Program-made: the position numbers and the translations under genes | Part shown: piece by piece, positions 42,768 through 56,186 of the stretch | How the letters are laid out: every line of letters starts with the position of its first letter | How positions within the stretch are numbered: position 1 is the first letter of the stretch | Notes under the pieces: model-generated | Databases searched by the model: none | What the model saw: only the letters and a program-made list of their open reading frames with translations | Told to the model about the DNA's origin: nothing | Assembly (NCBI GenBank): GCA_965153455.1 | Contig: OZ234494.1 | Span: 3,348,001 to 3,412,000, forward strand | Reading direction: 5' to 3' | From: Sphagnum compactum | Lineage: Eukaryota | Length of the DNA: 64,000 nucleotides

Positions 42768-44819
42768 ATGTCAGAAAACAAAGATGTGTCAGATATAGCA
42801 GCTGATACTGTAAATAGTGCAGCAGACAATGTGTCAAAGCTTCCAGCCTCATCATCGGCTCCTTCAGACAGACATGTGTCTGCACCACGACATCTCTTTA
42901 ACCGAGAGAAATCTGTCCACCACCTTCTTGGTGGAGGACAAGGTGAGAGATCTCAGTTGCCTTATAATAACAGTGTTTTGGTGTCAGGTGCTACAGCTAT
43001 AAATTTTTTTTTCCCAATGTTTTAATTGTTCTATGCAATATGTGATGTCTTGAAATTCTGTTCTCAGTCAATGTCATCCCTTTTGATTCTTGAATCCCTG
43101 AAAAGCAAGTTTGTTTCTTCTCTGCAGTTGCGGATGTCCTTCTTTGGAGGCAGAAACACCTCTCCGCTGCCTTACTCATCGGATCAACAATCATATGGTT
43201 CCTGTTAGAGAAGTCTCAATATAAATTGGTGCCCCTAGTTTCCAACATCCTCATCTTTGCCATTGTTGTCCTCTTTGTCTGGGCAAATTTGGCATCTCTT
43301 TTGAACAGGTGTGCTAATGTGGTCTGACCTGCTTCAAGTGCACTTTTCAAGTTGAAAGGTTCAATGTAACACTGATATGCTTGTTGATGTTATCTTTATA
43401 AGGCACTGATCTTTTGTTACTATCACCACCATGTTATTCAAAGGCTGCTCAATCTGCTGTTGTATATATCTTGTGCTCAGTTTACAGCTCAAGTCATCTA
43501 CAAGTTCATCCCCTATCTGTTTTGCAGGCGCGGTCCTCCTGTGCCTGATCTGACTCTGTCAGAAGATGCCGTCCTTAGTACAGCAAGTGTTCTCCGTGTA
43601 GAACTCAACAAGGTTTTGGAAGTCGTCCAGGATGTAGCTCTGGGGAAGGATTTCAAGCTTTTCTTGAAGGTATCCCATTCTGATCCTGGATGGTGTGCTT
43701 TTGCATCATGTATGGTAGGTGGACAAGAGCATACATGTTGTTGAAGGTCTCTGAACCTGTATGACTGTCACTGTTGTTCAAACTGCTCCTTGGTTTTTGG
43801 TTTTGCATTTATTTTATCTTTTCTCTAGGGTTGGATTTCCTCTTTTGGATGTTTGCTGATATGTTGTCAGATCTGAAATGTCTGTAACATTATTGTTGGG
43901 TCATCTCTATACTTTATTTAGATTCACTTAAATCACAAGCATGGAAAAGTTTTCAGTACTTATGAAAATAGTATTTTCCATCATGATAATTTTGTAGTTG
44001 ACAATCTTTGATTGCCTACTTGGTATTTGCAGGTGGTCGCATTACTATGGATTGTCTCAACTGTGTTTTCACGGCTCAATTTCTTGACTGCTATCTGGAT
44101 TGGTAAGATGACATTTCCTTGGCATCACCATTGTCTCCAATCTGCATGTGCATAGACTGTCACTCTCTAATTCTTTGGTTGGATTGGAGAATCTGTTCAT
44201 GTGCCATATTTGTAGCGATTGAAAATGAATATTTGTTTGTGTCAGATGTTGATATGTCTATGCCATTGTTATGGGTTCATCAAATTATGCACTTTGGGCT
44301 AGCCCCTTTTGATGCACAGGATTAGAGCTGCACAATTATCTTCACCACACTTTTGAATTCAATTGCAGCTGAGAAAGTAGTCTTAACTTTGCTATGAGAG
44401 CAACTGAAAGAAAGCTATGTTTCACTGCTGGAATCCTTTCTCCTAATGACAATGCAGAACTGAAGCTTGGCTTTTTATTTAGTCACTTGCATCTGGTATT
44501 GTGACTTTGTTATTCCTTGCTTCATTGACAATTCCTTTTATCCCTAAAGAGGTATCAGTGGCAGTTCAATGCTGTTCAAAATTGATCTTTTGGCTTATGT
44601 GATGTCCAATCAATTGTACTAACTATTTTACAATGGGGCATGGCAACAGTTATTATCTTGGCACACACTATTCCATTCATCTATGATACATATGAGGATG
44701 TGATTGATGAGCATCTGCTGAGAGCAAGTGATGAGGCTAACAAGCATTACAAGAACTTGGATTCTGCAGTTCGGAGCAGAATCCCAAGGGGTCCTGCAAA
44801 AGACAAGAAGGCACTCTAG
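42768..44819 (+). CDS. Reticulon-like protein B (RTNLB family), 5 coding exons
   Basis: RHLFNREKSVHHLLGGGQVADVLLWR..., DFKLFLKVV, HTIPFIYDTYEDVID, SRIPRGP. Exons 42768-42942, 43128-43308, 43528-43669, 44033-44102, 44650-44819. Probable 5' UTR intron 42055-42755. Confidence 0.93.
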
Positions 44820-46319
44820 GTCAGGGTGGGTGGACACAGGGTCCACATATTTCCAGTGCTGATAACTGGGGTATGACCTGTAAATACCAATTATGTGAGC
44901 TACTCCAGAGGTGTTCATTCCTTTGTGCATCTTTGGAGAAGTTTCCATGTCTTAAAAGTTGGAATGTGTAGCTTTGTGAAGGGATGGTCATTGCTAATAT
45001 ACAGTTGTCTTTACCGTTGTACTCATACTCAGCTGTGAGTGACCTAGAAAAAAAATATTGTTGTGGTTTTTGCTGAGTGACAAGCTGCTTCTTTGCGCTA
45101 TCTATTTGCTGAGGACTTCTCATGCGCATAATATGTTGCTTCAATTGTCAAGCCCTTCATCAGGTTCTCTCACTCCATTTGGTTCTCTGCAACCAGTCCT
45201 CCACAAATACAGTGGATGGTTTCTGGAAGACCAGCATCGATGTTGTAAATTGTAACAGGGCTGAAGTACTGGCTGAAGTACTGGTTCACACGTAGCATAT
45301 GACCGATTCCTACCAGACTCGTTGTAAAGGGTTTGCAATATTTAGAGTTGAAGATTTCTTGTTATTGTTGATGCTATGTTTTAGTTGCAGAGATCCTAAC
45401 ACAGTGATATCACTACGCGTGGGACCGTGCTAACCAACCATTTAGTCATTAACAATTGAGTTTTAGTTGGCTTTTGGTCACACTAACTTTGGTTGGTGTC
45501 ATCTAGTAGAAACACTGACATTGGGTTTTTGTAAGAGAAAAACCTTGTATATAAAAAAGGCATGGATGGGAACACATACACAAGAAGTACAAGGCAAATG
45601 TAAGCATGAGAACGTAGCGGTCGGGACATCACTAATACACTAGTAAAATAGAAAGACTTATATAATTGAAGCTTTGCATGAAAATGGATGAAGACGAAGA
45701 GTTTTTATTGGAAAGCCTTTTCGTTCATTAGGATTTGAATTTAACAAACACTTCAAATTTTTCCAAAGCCTTTTCGACTCTAAAAGTAGAGAAATCCATA
45801 AATTCATGACTTTATCCTGTCTTTGGGCCTCCTTTTACCCTCTAAACCCTCTTTCAGTGGTATCTGCAAAGTAGGGAAATTTTATTAAGTCTTCCTGTGA
45901 AATGCTGAAACTCAGCATTTAATGCACAAGGTTTGAGAGGAGTTATAGTATCTGTACCAACCATGTAGCTCATTTTCATCAACGAATGTAGTTTCATCCA
46001 TGTTGTGAGAATATGTCATTTAGTTGATTTCATCCATGTTGTCAACTTAATTGATATTGTCATTTCCATGAACATCAAGTTCACATTCATGGATGTGGTG
46101 GATTTCATGGACATTGACATGTCCATGTGTTATTATGATTCATGTTCTTTGTCAATTTCAAACATGTTGTACCCATGATTGATAATTGGTAACTCTTGTA
46201 AAATGTTTTTATGTTTTTGGAAAAAATGCGGTCCACTAGCTCCATTTTGAATATTTTGGAATTTCAATGATATAGGTTATGTATGTTTAGTCTCTTTGCA
46301 TTTAAAAATAAAGAACCAT

Positions 46320-49250
46320 AGTATATGACATTGCCTCAAATAAATAAAAATGCACATATGGACCATCAAGAGTCAAGGTTGGCCACCCAATCCGAATCTA
46401 TCCAACCTTCAAAAAAATAAAATGTGATGGACAATGTAGAATATTGAATGCCCATGTGTTTGGTTGCTTGAAGAAAATAGAAAATGTGCTTTACAATACA
46501 CCTATGCATTGAACTTGGATTGGACATAAATTGGGCCAAATGATTTGATAGAAAAGTAATGGTTGGCCTAATATGAATACCAAGATACATTAAACTTCCA
46601 ATGGCATTAGCATAAGGAACTAATGCCATATTGACTTGTTCAACATGTGTAGAAGGCATTAGGTCCTTGGTCTAATGAATTCATGTTGAAAAAGGAGTGG
46701 CAATGGGTTTACAAACTTCTATGTAAAACTTATCTAAAATGTCATCAATATATTAAAATTTTCAAACGTGATCATGTTTGATTTGAATACCCAAACAATA
46801 TGCAATGTTGCCATTATCTATCATAGCAAGCTCTTCTACCAAAAGACTTTAGAAAGCCTCCAAGTAAGATAAAACATCGGAGACAATTATAATCATCAAC
46901 ATGTATCCCAACGACGATTAAAAAAATTTGAATGTGATTAATATAAAGACTTGTGTTAGAGGAGCACCAAATATATCCAATGTTCAAAATATGAACATTG
47001 AAGCAATGATACCACACATGAGATGCTAGTTTGAGCCCATAAAAAGACTTGAACAATCAACATACCTTAAGTTCTTTGCTTAATGAACCATAGCCTTCTA
47101 GTTGTTCAAAATAGGTTTCTTCTTTCAATTTGTCATGGATGAATGCAATAGGAATGTCCATTTGATGAATATGGTAACTATAAATGGTGGCAATGGAAAT
47201 GATCACATGAAGAGACATCATCTTGAGAATCGGGGAGAAAGATTCCTTGTAGTTGATATCGAGTTTTTGTGTGAACCTACATGCCACCAACCAAGTCTTA
47301 TAATGGGCAAGAATGCAATCCACATTGTATTTGTACTAAAAAGCCCACTTAGAACTCACCCAAATCAATGAAAAGATTGATCCACCAAAATCCAAGGTTG
47401 ATTGTTCATCAAATAAATAAATAAATTTTGCATTAAGGGTTGTTCTTTAGTATGTTGCATTAGGACCATCAAGAGCTTCAAGCAAAAAAGATGGTTTAAT
47501 AACATGAACCATCTATGTGCATACACAAAATGATTTCATCATGCAATATTTTTTAGATTGCCAGAAGTTTTAATTTGTTCATTGGAAGTTGAGGAATTTC
47601 CTTGGAGTTTGGAAATGAAGGAAACAATGAACTAAAAGGTTGAGAGGAACATTAACAACTTAAGTTGGTGAGAAAGCCTTGATATTACTTTATAACCAAA
47701 TGGTGATTGCGGAATAGGTGGAGGGGAAATAGGTCATATTAGGTTGAAAAGAGAAATTGTAAGTGGGTCTCAAGGATATGTAGGAGTCATTAGAGCTATC
47801 AATAATGGATTCTAATTATTGAAAGGAATAAAAAATGGTTGAAAAGGAGCAAGGGTGGGAGGTGCTAGTTGATGAGTAATTAAAGGCACAAACCCTTCAT
47901 CATTATGAATTGCAACAATTTCATTACTAATTAGGGTATTTTCAACATCCTTCTTGATTGATAAGAAAACCTTCAAAAATTGGGGGAAATGGATTCTTCA
48001 TCATAGATGAGACTTTTATTGATTCACAATCAATGACTACATTGATCAAATATTATGTAACCTTTGACTCCAAAAAGTTTCATCATAACCCACAAATATA
48101 CATTTCTTTGATTTGGGGTCTAATTTCTCATGAAGCTCATCAAGGATGTGAACATATTTTGGGTGTCCAAACACTTGTAGAAAATTCAAATGAGGTTTGA
48201 ACCAATGATTCATGGGGAATCCGAAACATATTTAATGAAGATGTGCACGAGAAAATTTGAAGACAAGTTGATATATCGAATTAACCTCTCCCCAAAAAGA
48301 ATTGGGTAACTTGGTAGATAATAGATTTTAACATGCTACAAGCAAATTCCATCAAAGTGTGGGTTTTTCATTTAAAAACCATGTTTTGTTAGAGAATACA
48401 TGGAGTAGAAAATGGATGTTGAATGCCATGGTCATCATATAATTTAAGTTCAATTCTAAAGATTTGTATTCACCACTATTGTCAAAATGAAAGATTCAAT
48501 TTTCCTAACAATTTCAGTATCAAAAAAAGTTTTATAAATTTGATTTTTTTGGTAGAATACATTAGACTTAGAGTTTCTAAGATAAATATTTTCAAACTAA
48601 GAATAATCATCAATAAAACTAAAAAAATAGTAAGCCCCTCCAAGTGAATTTTTTTGTGAAGGACCATAAATGTCACTATGGACCCAATCTAAAAGTGATG
48701 TGGCTCTTGTAAAAAATTGACACTAAATGTTTTCCCATGGTACAATCTTCACAAAGATTTGAAATAGGGATTTGAATAGAAGGAAGACCCAAAACAATTT
48801 GTTGCTTTTGCATTTTGTGAAAAGATTGAAAATTTATGTGGCCAAGTCTATGGTGCCATCTTATGGGTGGGTGGACATGATCAAATGATTATGAAGTAGC
48901 CAAATTTAAAAAGGGTTGGTTGATTGATGAGTCACAACACCTACTCCAATTGGGAAAAAAATTCCAATTTGATGACACTTTATGATAGTTTCATTACTAT
49001 TGATGTCAATTGTTGTTTAAATCCTACACATGTATTTTTGCAAACAACTAGATAATAATTTTTTTGCTAAGCTTGGGGCATGGAGGACATCATCACTTCA
49101 ATTTTTTCCCCTCATGAATAAACATATGAGAATTGAATCAATCCCCAAAGCTTTTTGTTGTCCATCATTTATTACAAAGATATTTGTTTAAGAGATTTTA
49201 ACCAAAGTAATTTTTTTCACAATGAATAATGTTATTAACACATGCTTTGG
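46320..49250 (-). mobile_element. Decayed Ty1/Copia retrotransposon (protease-integrase-RT region)
   Basis: WHHRLGH near 48840-48860, YKTWLVACRFTQ..INYKESFSP..HQMDI..AF, KSFYGLK, HVDD and PYANAIGSLMYL in Copia order. Multiple stops and frameshifts. No LTRs recognised. Confidence 0.85.
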
Positions 49251-49609
49251 AATCTCTTGATATCCATTTTGCTAATTTAATAGGATTAGATGTGTCAAAG
49301 ATGCGCTAATCTGTCATGCATTAATATTCTATCTATGAAATTGCAGAGAAAATCTCCACACCAACAATTTGAAGATAACATGACAACTGAGTGCAGTCAT
49401 AACCTTATGACCGTTGCTCACAAACCATCTTGACCCATCTGAACCTTCATCACAAATAGCAGTGATGATGAGCTGCCATGACTACCCACCAACTTCATCC
49501 AATTCCCAACAGCATTAAATGCCATATTATGAAACATTTGTGCAATATTCACAATTGAAAACTAACCTTGTGTTGTCAGCTGATTGGCCTATACTTTTGA
49601 TGATTTTTT

Positions 49610-50412
49610 TTAAGGCAGACGAGCATGGTCCCATCCTTTGTAGGTGAACATTTGGATCCAATCAACTAGCCTCCAAGCAAGTAATGCACACACAGCTGCA
49701 ATTCCAACAGCTGCATAACGGGGAGGTGATTGAGGAAGAAGCACTGCTACACCTGTCAGGACTGCTGCCAGAATATAAAAAGCAGTCCTTGCAAATTTGA
49801 AGTTCTTCAGGGCATTGCGGCATGCGACACACTTTTCTGTATGCTGGAAGAACAATATGTAAACAACACAAAGTAATCATCAGGGATGTACACTTTAATT
49901 CAAGAACCCAAGAACTATATCCTCCTCAACATTCTCTGCATCAATAGAATGCGTATGAGAGACTTAACAAAAGAGGGCTTAATACTAAGTTACACTTGCC
50001 TTGTTATATCGATCCAAAAGATCTTCCTTCTTTGTGATTCGTGGAGGGAGTGAAGGGTTGACACCCACAGTCCATTGTACCATCTTACCACCATACCGAT
50101 TGAGCCACTGACGGAAGCCAGCAACATAGCGATCAGCTGCTGTGGGAATGAAAACAGCTTTGCTCCATTTGTCAGGACTCCCACCAGTTACCTGTGTCAA
50201 ATTTTGCTCCTGATGCAGCCAAGTACATACATAAGTGTCAATAAGTTTTCTGCAATAATTTAAGCTTCAATGGTCTCTGTAATGCCCTGGGTTTAGGGTT
50301 TAGGGTTGGTGCTCCATGTTCATCCACAGCTAAGAAACAATCACATGGGCAATCTCAACAACAGAGAAATGAATGAAACTTGTGCCAAGAGGTGCTCAAG
50401 ATGTGAGGAACT

Positions 50413-50446
<34 letters not shown>

Positions 50447-53286
50447 GAGTGAGTTAACCTGAAAATGTAGGAGCGCAAGATCCCCATCTAAGAGATTGAG
50501 CATCATCTGATGGTCCAGCCACCTTGGAAATAGCTGCCACCAATGTGGCCCACTAGAAAATGCAAGAAGAGCATTCCGGGCATTGACAACAATAATTCGT
50601 GACCTCCCTGGAGCTGCACATGAACAATCATAGTCAAGGACTGAACTGGGACAGCCAGAACACACATGAAGGTGAGTATAGAGATAAATGCCTATCTAGG
50701 CTGTAAATTTGTTAGGCTTCCAGATGTGAATGTTTACAGCAAGAAAGGAAGCCCATCTGAGACTGCAACTTCAGTAACAGACAGAAAGATACAAAAAGAA
50801 TTGAGGGGGCTACTGCAAGTAAAGGCCACCTACACATGGGTGTAGCATAAGTAGTTGCACATCCTGAAGCTCCTTTGATACCCTTGAGTGGGAACATGTA
50901 AGTGAAGCGTGAAGGTGCTTCATAAGTATGTTCAGAGGTGCCTCCCCATGGCTTTTTCCACTCACCCACAAAACCTCTGGCATTCATGGATTTCAATTCC
51001 AATGCAATTGGAGCTGCATTGTCACGCTTTCCCATAATGCCACCATTCACATTGTGATGAGCAACTGGGATGTGGCTTGGATCTACTAGATTTTCCATCA
51101 GTGTGTCAAATCCATAGTCCACATCTCGGAATGTTGCCACAGCACACCAGCCAGGTTCATCAATACCTACAACCCAACATCCACATGGAAAAAAAAGGAC
51201 ATCGGATGGGGTTTAAATAACAATATCAATTCAAACCTAGTACATATGACAGACATACACTTCAAGTTCAACTCCAATTTTGCTCTGCAAAATATTGTTT
51301 TCCTGAATCATGATGAGATGATGCAACTCAACAGAATCTGATAAGTCGAAATACCTGGCGTAATAGGGGGGAGAGTCTTGTCAGCTAGCTCCTGCCCATA
51401 TTCATCAGGCCAAATGAAGAGAATCCCCTGTTTCACGACAGTTGGAAATGATATACAATGGGCCATTTTGTTTCCTGGAAAAAAGCACCCAACATTCTGA
51501 AGATCTAAGTTTCCCTGAATACATAATGAATTATGCCAAAGGTTCTCTCATTTTGTACAAGAAACAATTCTTGCAGAATACCATTTCAGAAGGTGGTGGT
51601 TTTTCTCATATTCACCAGCAGCTTTGGCTTCAGGACCCTGTGGCTGAGCCTGAGGAATGCGTGCACATGAGCCATCTCCCTTGAAGGACCAACCATGGTA
51701 GCAGCATTGCAGACAGCCTTGTTCATCAATCCTACCTTCTGATAAAGGTGCTAAACGATGTGGGCACATGTCGACAAATGTCTGCCACTTTGACAACTGC
51801 TTATCATACCAGATTACAACCTTGCGTCCCAGTATCTGCAAATTGCAAGGATTTGTGACATTAGTGCATTGCTCTAAACTAAAGAAATCTCCAGAGAAAT
51901 AGAGGGAAGAACAAGAGAGGAAACACTTGAGGTACCTACCTACATGAAGATGGCGAGATCACTGACCATATGAGACCTACAGATTCTCCAGTGAAAATCC
52001 ATTGACTACACCAATGAGACATCCCCTTCCCACAAGTATGGTGGAATGGAACCAAGATCCTGACCTGGAATCCATGGGGAACAGCCTTGTCCATGTCAAT
52101 CTCTGGACATACCGGGTACCAGTTTGATTTCCATACAAAAGAATCTCTTGCATCTGCATTTTCCACCAATGACTCCTGCAACACCCACAAAAAGTTGGGA
52201 GTTCCAGGATAAAAGAAGCACAAGGAAATATGCTAGGATTTCTTAGGTGTGCATCTACTAAGGTTTTGTTTCTTGCATTGAAGGTGTGATCATCATATGA
52301 TCATGAGGAAATTGGATGCTGTTCCATAGAAAGTGCATAGCTTAGAAATGGAGGAAACAGCATGTCGTGATGCAAGACTCATTCTGTCACATTTTGGTTT
52401 GCAGATTTACAGAAACTTTAGATCAATCTCTCTCTGTCATCTACCATTTGTGCAAGAAAAAGTGTTGTGCTGTTGTGTGGCATGGACAAAAAACATGTGA
52501 AGCTGAACTTTTTTTTGCAGCCCTGCGAGAAGTGGGTGTGTACCTCGGATTCCTGCGAAGTCTCAACATCTGACATAGGTGGAGATGCCACTGTACAAAT
52601 CCATCTCTTATTATTATTATTCGTAACAGGCTCCCTGGTTTTCAAAGCCCATGCCACTATTGAAGCTCCTCGTCTGGCAGCAGCAAAAGTCAAGGGGTGG
52701 TGGTGGAGGTGGTGCTGCTGGTCTTGCAAATCAGCTTGAAAACACAGACCGATGATCTCCACTCCCTTCTTCCTCCTAAGCCTCCAGGCAGATCTACCCC
52801 CAAAAGTATTCCACCATCAAGAGGAGCATCACAAAGACTTCAGTTTACCATTCATCCCTTATAGGTCGCTAAACTTTGTGACAATTGGATGCGTTGGTTC
52901 TCAGCACACTCCACATTGTAGAAATTCTGAGAATTGTGCTCAGGGCTAAACTTTCCGGCAGCGATTAATTCAGGAGCATTCAAATCAAATACCCCAAAAT
53001 AATAGGTACTAAATCCATTTGCTACTTCAAATTGAGTCAAGTGGCATTCCTTGACCTCACTGATGTGTCTCTCACTGCACTTCACCTCAGTGAAATGTCA
53101 ATAAATCCCCACCAACCCCATTTCCTCTCCCCCGAAAAAAAACTAGCCCTTCCAAAGTGCTCTACAAATCACTAACCTCGATAGCGTCGCAGGTTGCGAA
53201 TCCAGACGGAACGAAAGCATAGATCTGGTGGCACTTAAACTTCCCACCTCCACCGTAGGCAGCGAGAAACTTGACATGGTATGCAT
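49610..53286 (-). CDS. Plastid Rieske/mononuclear-iron oxygenase of the PAO/PTC52 family (PAO-like), 9 exons
   Basis: Rieske CPHRLAPLSEG..LQCCYHGWSF, iron site ENLVDPSHIPVAHH, DGD, C-terminal HTEKCVAC and two hydrophobic helices. Transit-peptide-like exon 1. Exons 53286-53177, 52793-52544, 52175-52065, 51835-51616, 51474-51355, 51166-50834, 50613-50459, 50209-50000, 49843-49610. Confidence 0.9.
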
Positions 53287-53414
53287 CTTCTTCTTCTTCT
53301 TCTTCTTCTTCTTTACAAAGCTCTCGCAACACACTTACTTCCAAGCCTCAGCTCTCTATACACGACGCCCCCCAAATAACAATAATAATATACAAACATA
53401 AAAGAAGTTTGAAG

Positions 53415-53456
<42 letters not shown>

Positions 53457-54208
53457 CCCTTGCATACTTGTCCAAGCAAGCTCTCACATTACCATTCTTG
53501 CTGTGCCTTTCTCTTCTTCTTCTCCTTCTTCTTCTGCTTCCTCTTTGTCCGTTTCGTTTGCTTCACGTGCAAGTCGTGAACGGGGTTGAGAGGAGAGAGT
53601 ACCACGTCGTCGCTGGAGCTTTGTTGGCGCAGTCGACGACTGATGGCGACAAAAGAGTTGAGAGAAGAAAATCTCTTCCTAATTTGTGCTTGGAAAAAAT
53701 ACGATGACTACGTAGGAACGCTGGAATCATTTTTGCTTGGACAGACAACAATGCAAAAGTTCTGATTGGCTGGATAGCAAAAACAATATATTATTACGGT
53801 AGGTAATGGAGCTGAAAATACAAAGGAAAAATCCCTTTAGGTAGGTAGTAGTAGGAGGGAAATCCAAAGGCTCGTTCCAAAAGCTTAATTTAGTCATACA
53901 TAAAGAGATCACCTTGATTTTTTCCTTTGTATTTTCAGGACTCTCCAGGCCCTATCGCATTCGATCCAACTTTTGGAAGTTTTACCTTATTAAAACTGGT
54001 TTCACATTAGGTGAACCGGTTTCTTTGCTCAAAGTGTTTAGCCTGTTTAGATTGGAACGGATTTTTTTGGGTGTTCAGAGTGTGAACACGGTAGGTAGAT
54101 GTACAACATATTATTTATTGGCAGGGTCAGTGTGTTTGTGACGCCTTGTTTATAAAAGGAAGAGGAAAGAAAAATCAGGCTGGGTCTTTCTTTACGTTTG
54201 TAGGGGAA

Positions 54209-54367
54209 GCGTCTTCCGGATTTTCGACCCGTTCCCTTGGCCTACTGCGCGTCTTCCGGATTTTCGATCCGTTCCCTTGGCCTACTGCGCGTCTTTCGGA
54301 TTTTCGACCCGTTCCCTTGGCCTACTGCGCGTCTTCCGGATTTTCGACCCGTTCCCTTGGCCTACTA
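54209..54367. repeat. 40-bp x4 near-perfect GC-rich minisatellite
   Basis: GCGTCTTCCGGATTTTCGACCCGTTCCCTTGGCCTACTGC at 54209, 54249, 54289 and 54329. Confidence 0.95.
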
Positions 54368-56186
54368 CTGGCCTGGGGCCAGACTCTCAAATCCTAAAGG
54401 GTCTATTTTCAGACCCTTCTCCTCTACCTATTTGAAAGGCCAATTAGGTAGGGTGTTCTTTGCAAGGGCTGTTAGCCCAGTCCCAAAATGGTGCCAAACT
54501 CTTTTGGGAAGAGAAACTGCAAGCATGCAGTCACTAGGAAGGCCCAAGCATGCACTCAAGGTGCCTTGCTTTTTTCCATTTTAAGTTTTGGTGGAAGGGA
54601 AGGATTTTTTTTTCATTTTTCCTTGGTTCTCAATGTGTTATCACTATGTGCCTTTGAGTTCCCATATGTTCCCCAACATGTTTTCCATACCACCTCACTT
54701 TTATCGTATATATGCTTTGGCAAATCTTCTCCTCCTTCCACTCTATAGGAAGGGCTACTAGTTGAGGCCAAAAATAGTGGCAGCCAATTTTAGAAATAAA
54801 AATTTCATGCAACCAATGAGAAGGCTCAACGTATGCAATAGAAACTTTTGTTTGGTGAGTCCTCTATGTTTCAATTTTATTTTGTGATGGGTTAATCAAA
54901 TTGGCTCATTATAGGAAAATAAAATAAAAATCAATTGAATCACACAACTTGAACCCTGGGAGGAAACATCGTTCTTCTCTTTATAGTAATTATATTTGTT
55001 AATTTATAGCAAAAATTACATTTGAATGGATAAAAATTCTTAGGATTGTCAAGTGAGGATTTTGAAAACTCTTGAAATTATCAAGTTATGAATTCTATTA
55101 CTTTGTGAGCTCAAAACTCATGATATGAGGTCTATTTGAAAACCTTCAAAAAGGCAAAGTTGTATCTTTCAAAAATAAATTTGTAACTTAGTTTTGCACT
55201 CTCTAATTGAAATAGGGCATTTGATCATTTTTCACGTTTGTGTGGTCAAGCTAAGTGAGATTTCTCCTAAACCTTCTTTTGACAATAACTTGCATTTCAA
55301 AACTAAAATTGCAAGATGTAAGCCCACTTTTGACATTTACTCTCCAAAATCTTCCTAATGGTCTAAAGAAAGACCATTGGACAATTTTTTTGTTTCAAAT
55401 GTTGTTTCAAAAATGTGAAGCATTCTAAGATTTCAATTTTCAAAGTGAAAACCTCCCTTGCACTTTCCCACTCTTGTGAGAATGTGCATAGTCTTTGGAC
55501 ATTGTCCCAACCCATTTCTTTTCTAATTTAACCTTGGCTATGGTCGTGACATTGTGGTTATTGTTCATGTGATTTCCAAACACATCACATAGATCTCTAA
55601 TGGAAATCATGTTATCAAAACAACCAAATCTATATGCAATAACAATAAATTGTAAGTGTATTGGTATTTATTCCATTATAGGGTTGTTATGAACTTGTAA
55701 TGAGCTTATATTCATTTTATAATTGCTTCAAAACATGGAATAAACATCTTGATTTTATTCTTGCAACATTCATCTAACAACTAGGCAATGATGGTTTAAA
55801 TGTTTTTTGAACTTTTGATGTATCCTTGAAATATCTTTGTGCACCAATGCCCATATACAACACATGAAGATTATTTAGCCCATCATAACTTGCATCATTG
55901 TTGTAAGGATTATCTTGTGGCAAATTGAGACTTCAAACTTCTTATCCTTCAACACCATCACTCCTATCAATATTATGTCAAGAGTTTAGTTTAGCTACCT
56001 AAATAAATCACAATTAAGTTAATCCTAAACTAAATTAATGCAACTTAATGTGCTTTAATTCAAAATCAATTTAAGTGTGAACTAAGTTTGGGATATTTCA
56101 TAGATTGGGTATAAATCCTAAGAGTTGTGATTTCTTTGCAAATTTTGTTTGTGTACATTGTTTTGTGAATTTTACTATGTGTTTTT

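Noticed and set aside
43670-44032. U12 intron in the reticulon gene (donor GTATCCCA)
   Set aside because: The donor deviates from consensus and there is no CCTTAAC-type branch near the acceptor
54209-54367. CRISPR-like 40-bp repeats and the ORFs 54146-54584
   Set aside because: Units are head-to-tail with no spacers, and the ORFs are repeat translations
55050-55550. Possible second, decayed LTR ending in GTCGTGACA
   Set aside because: No matching 5' terminus or TSD could be identified
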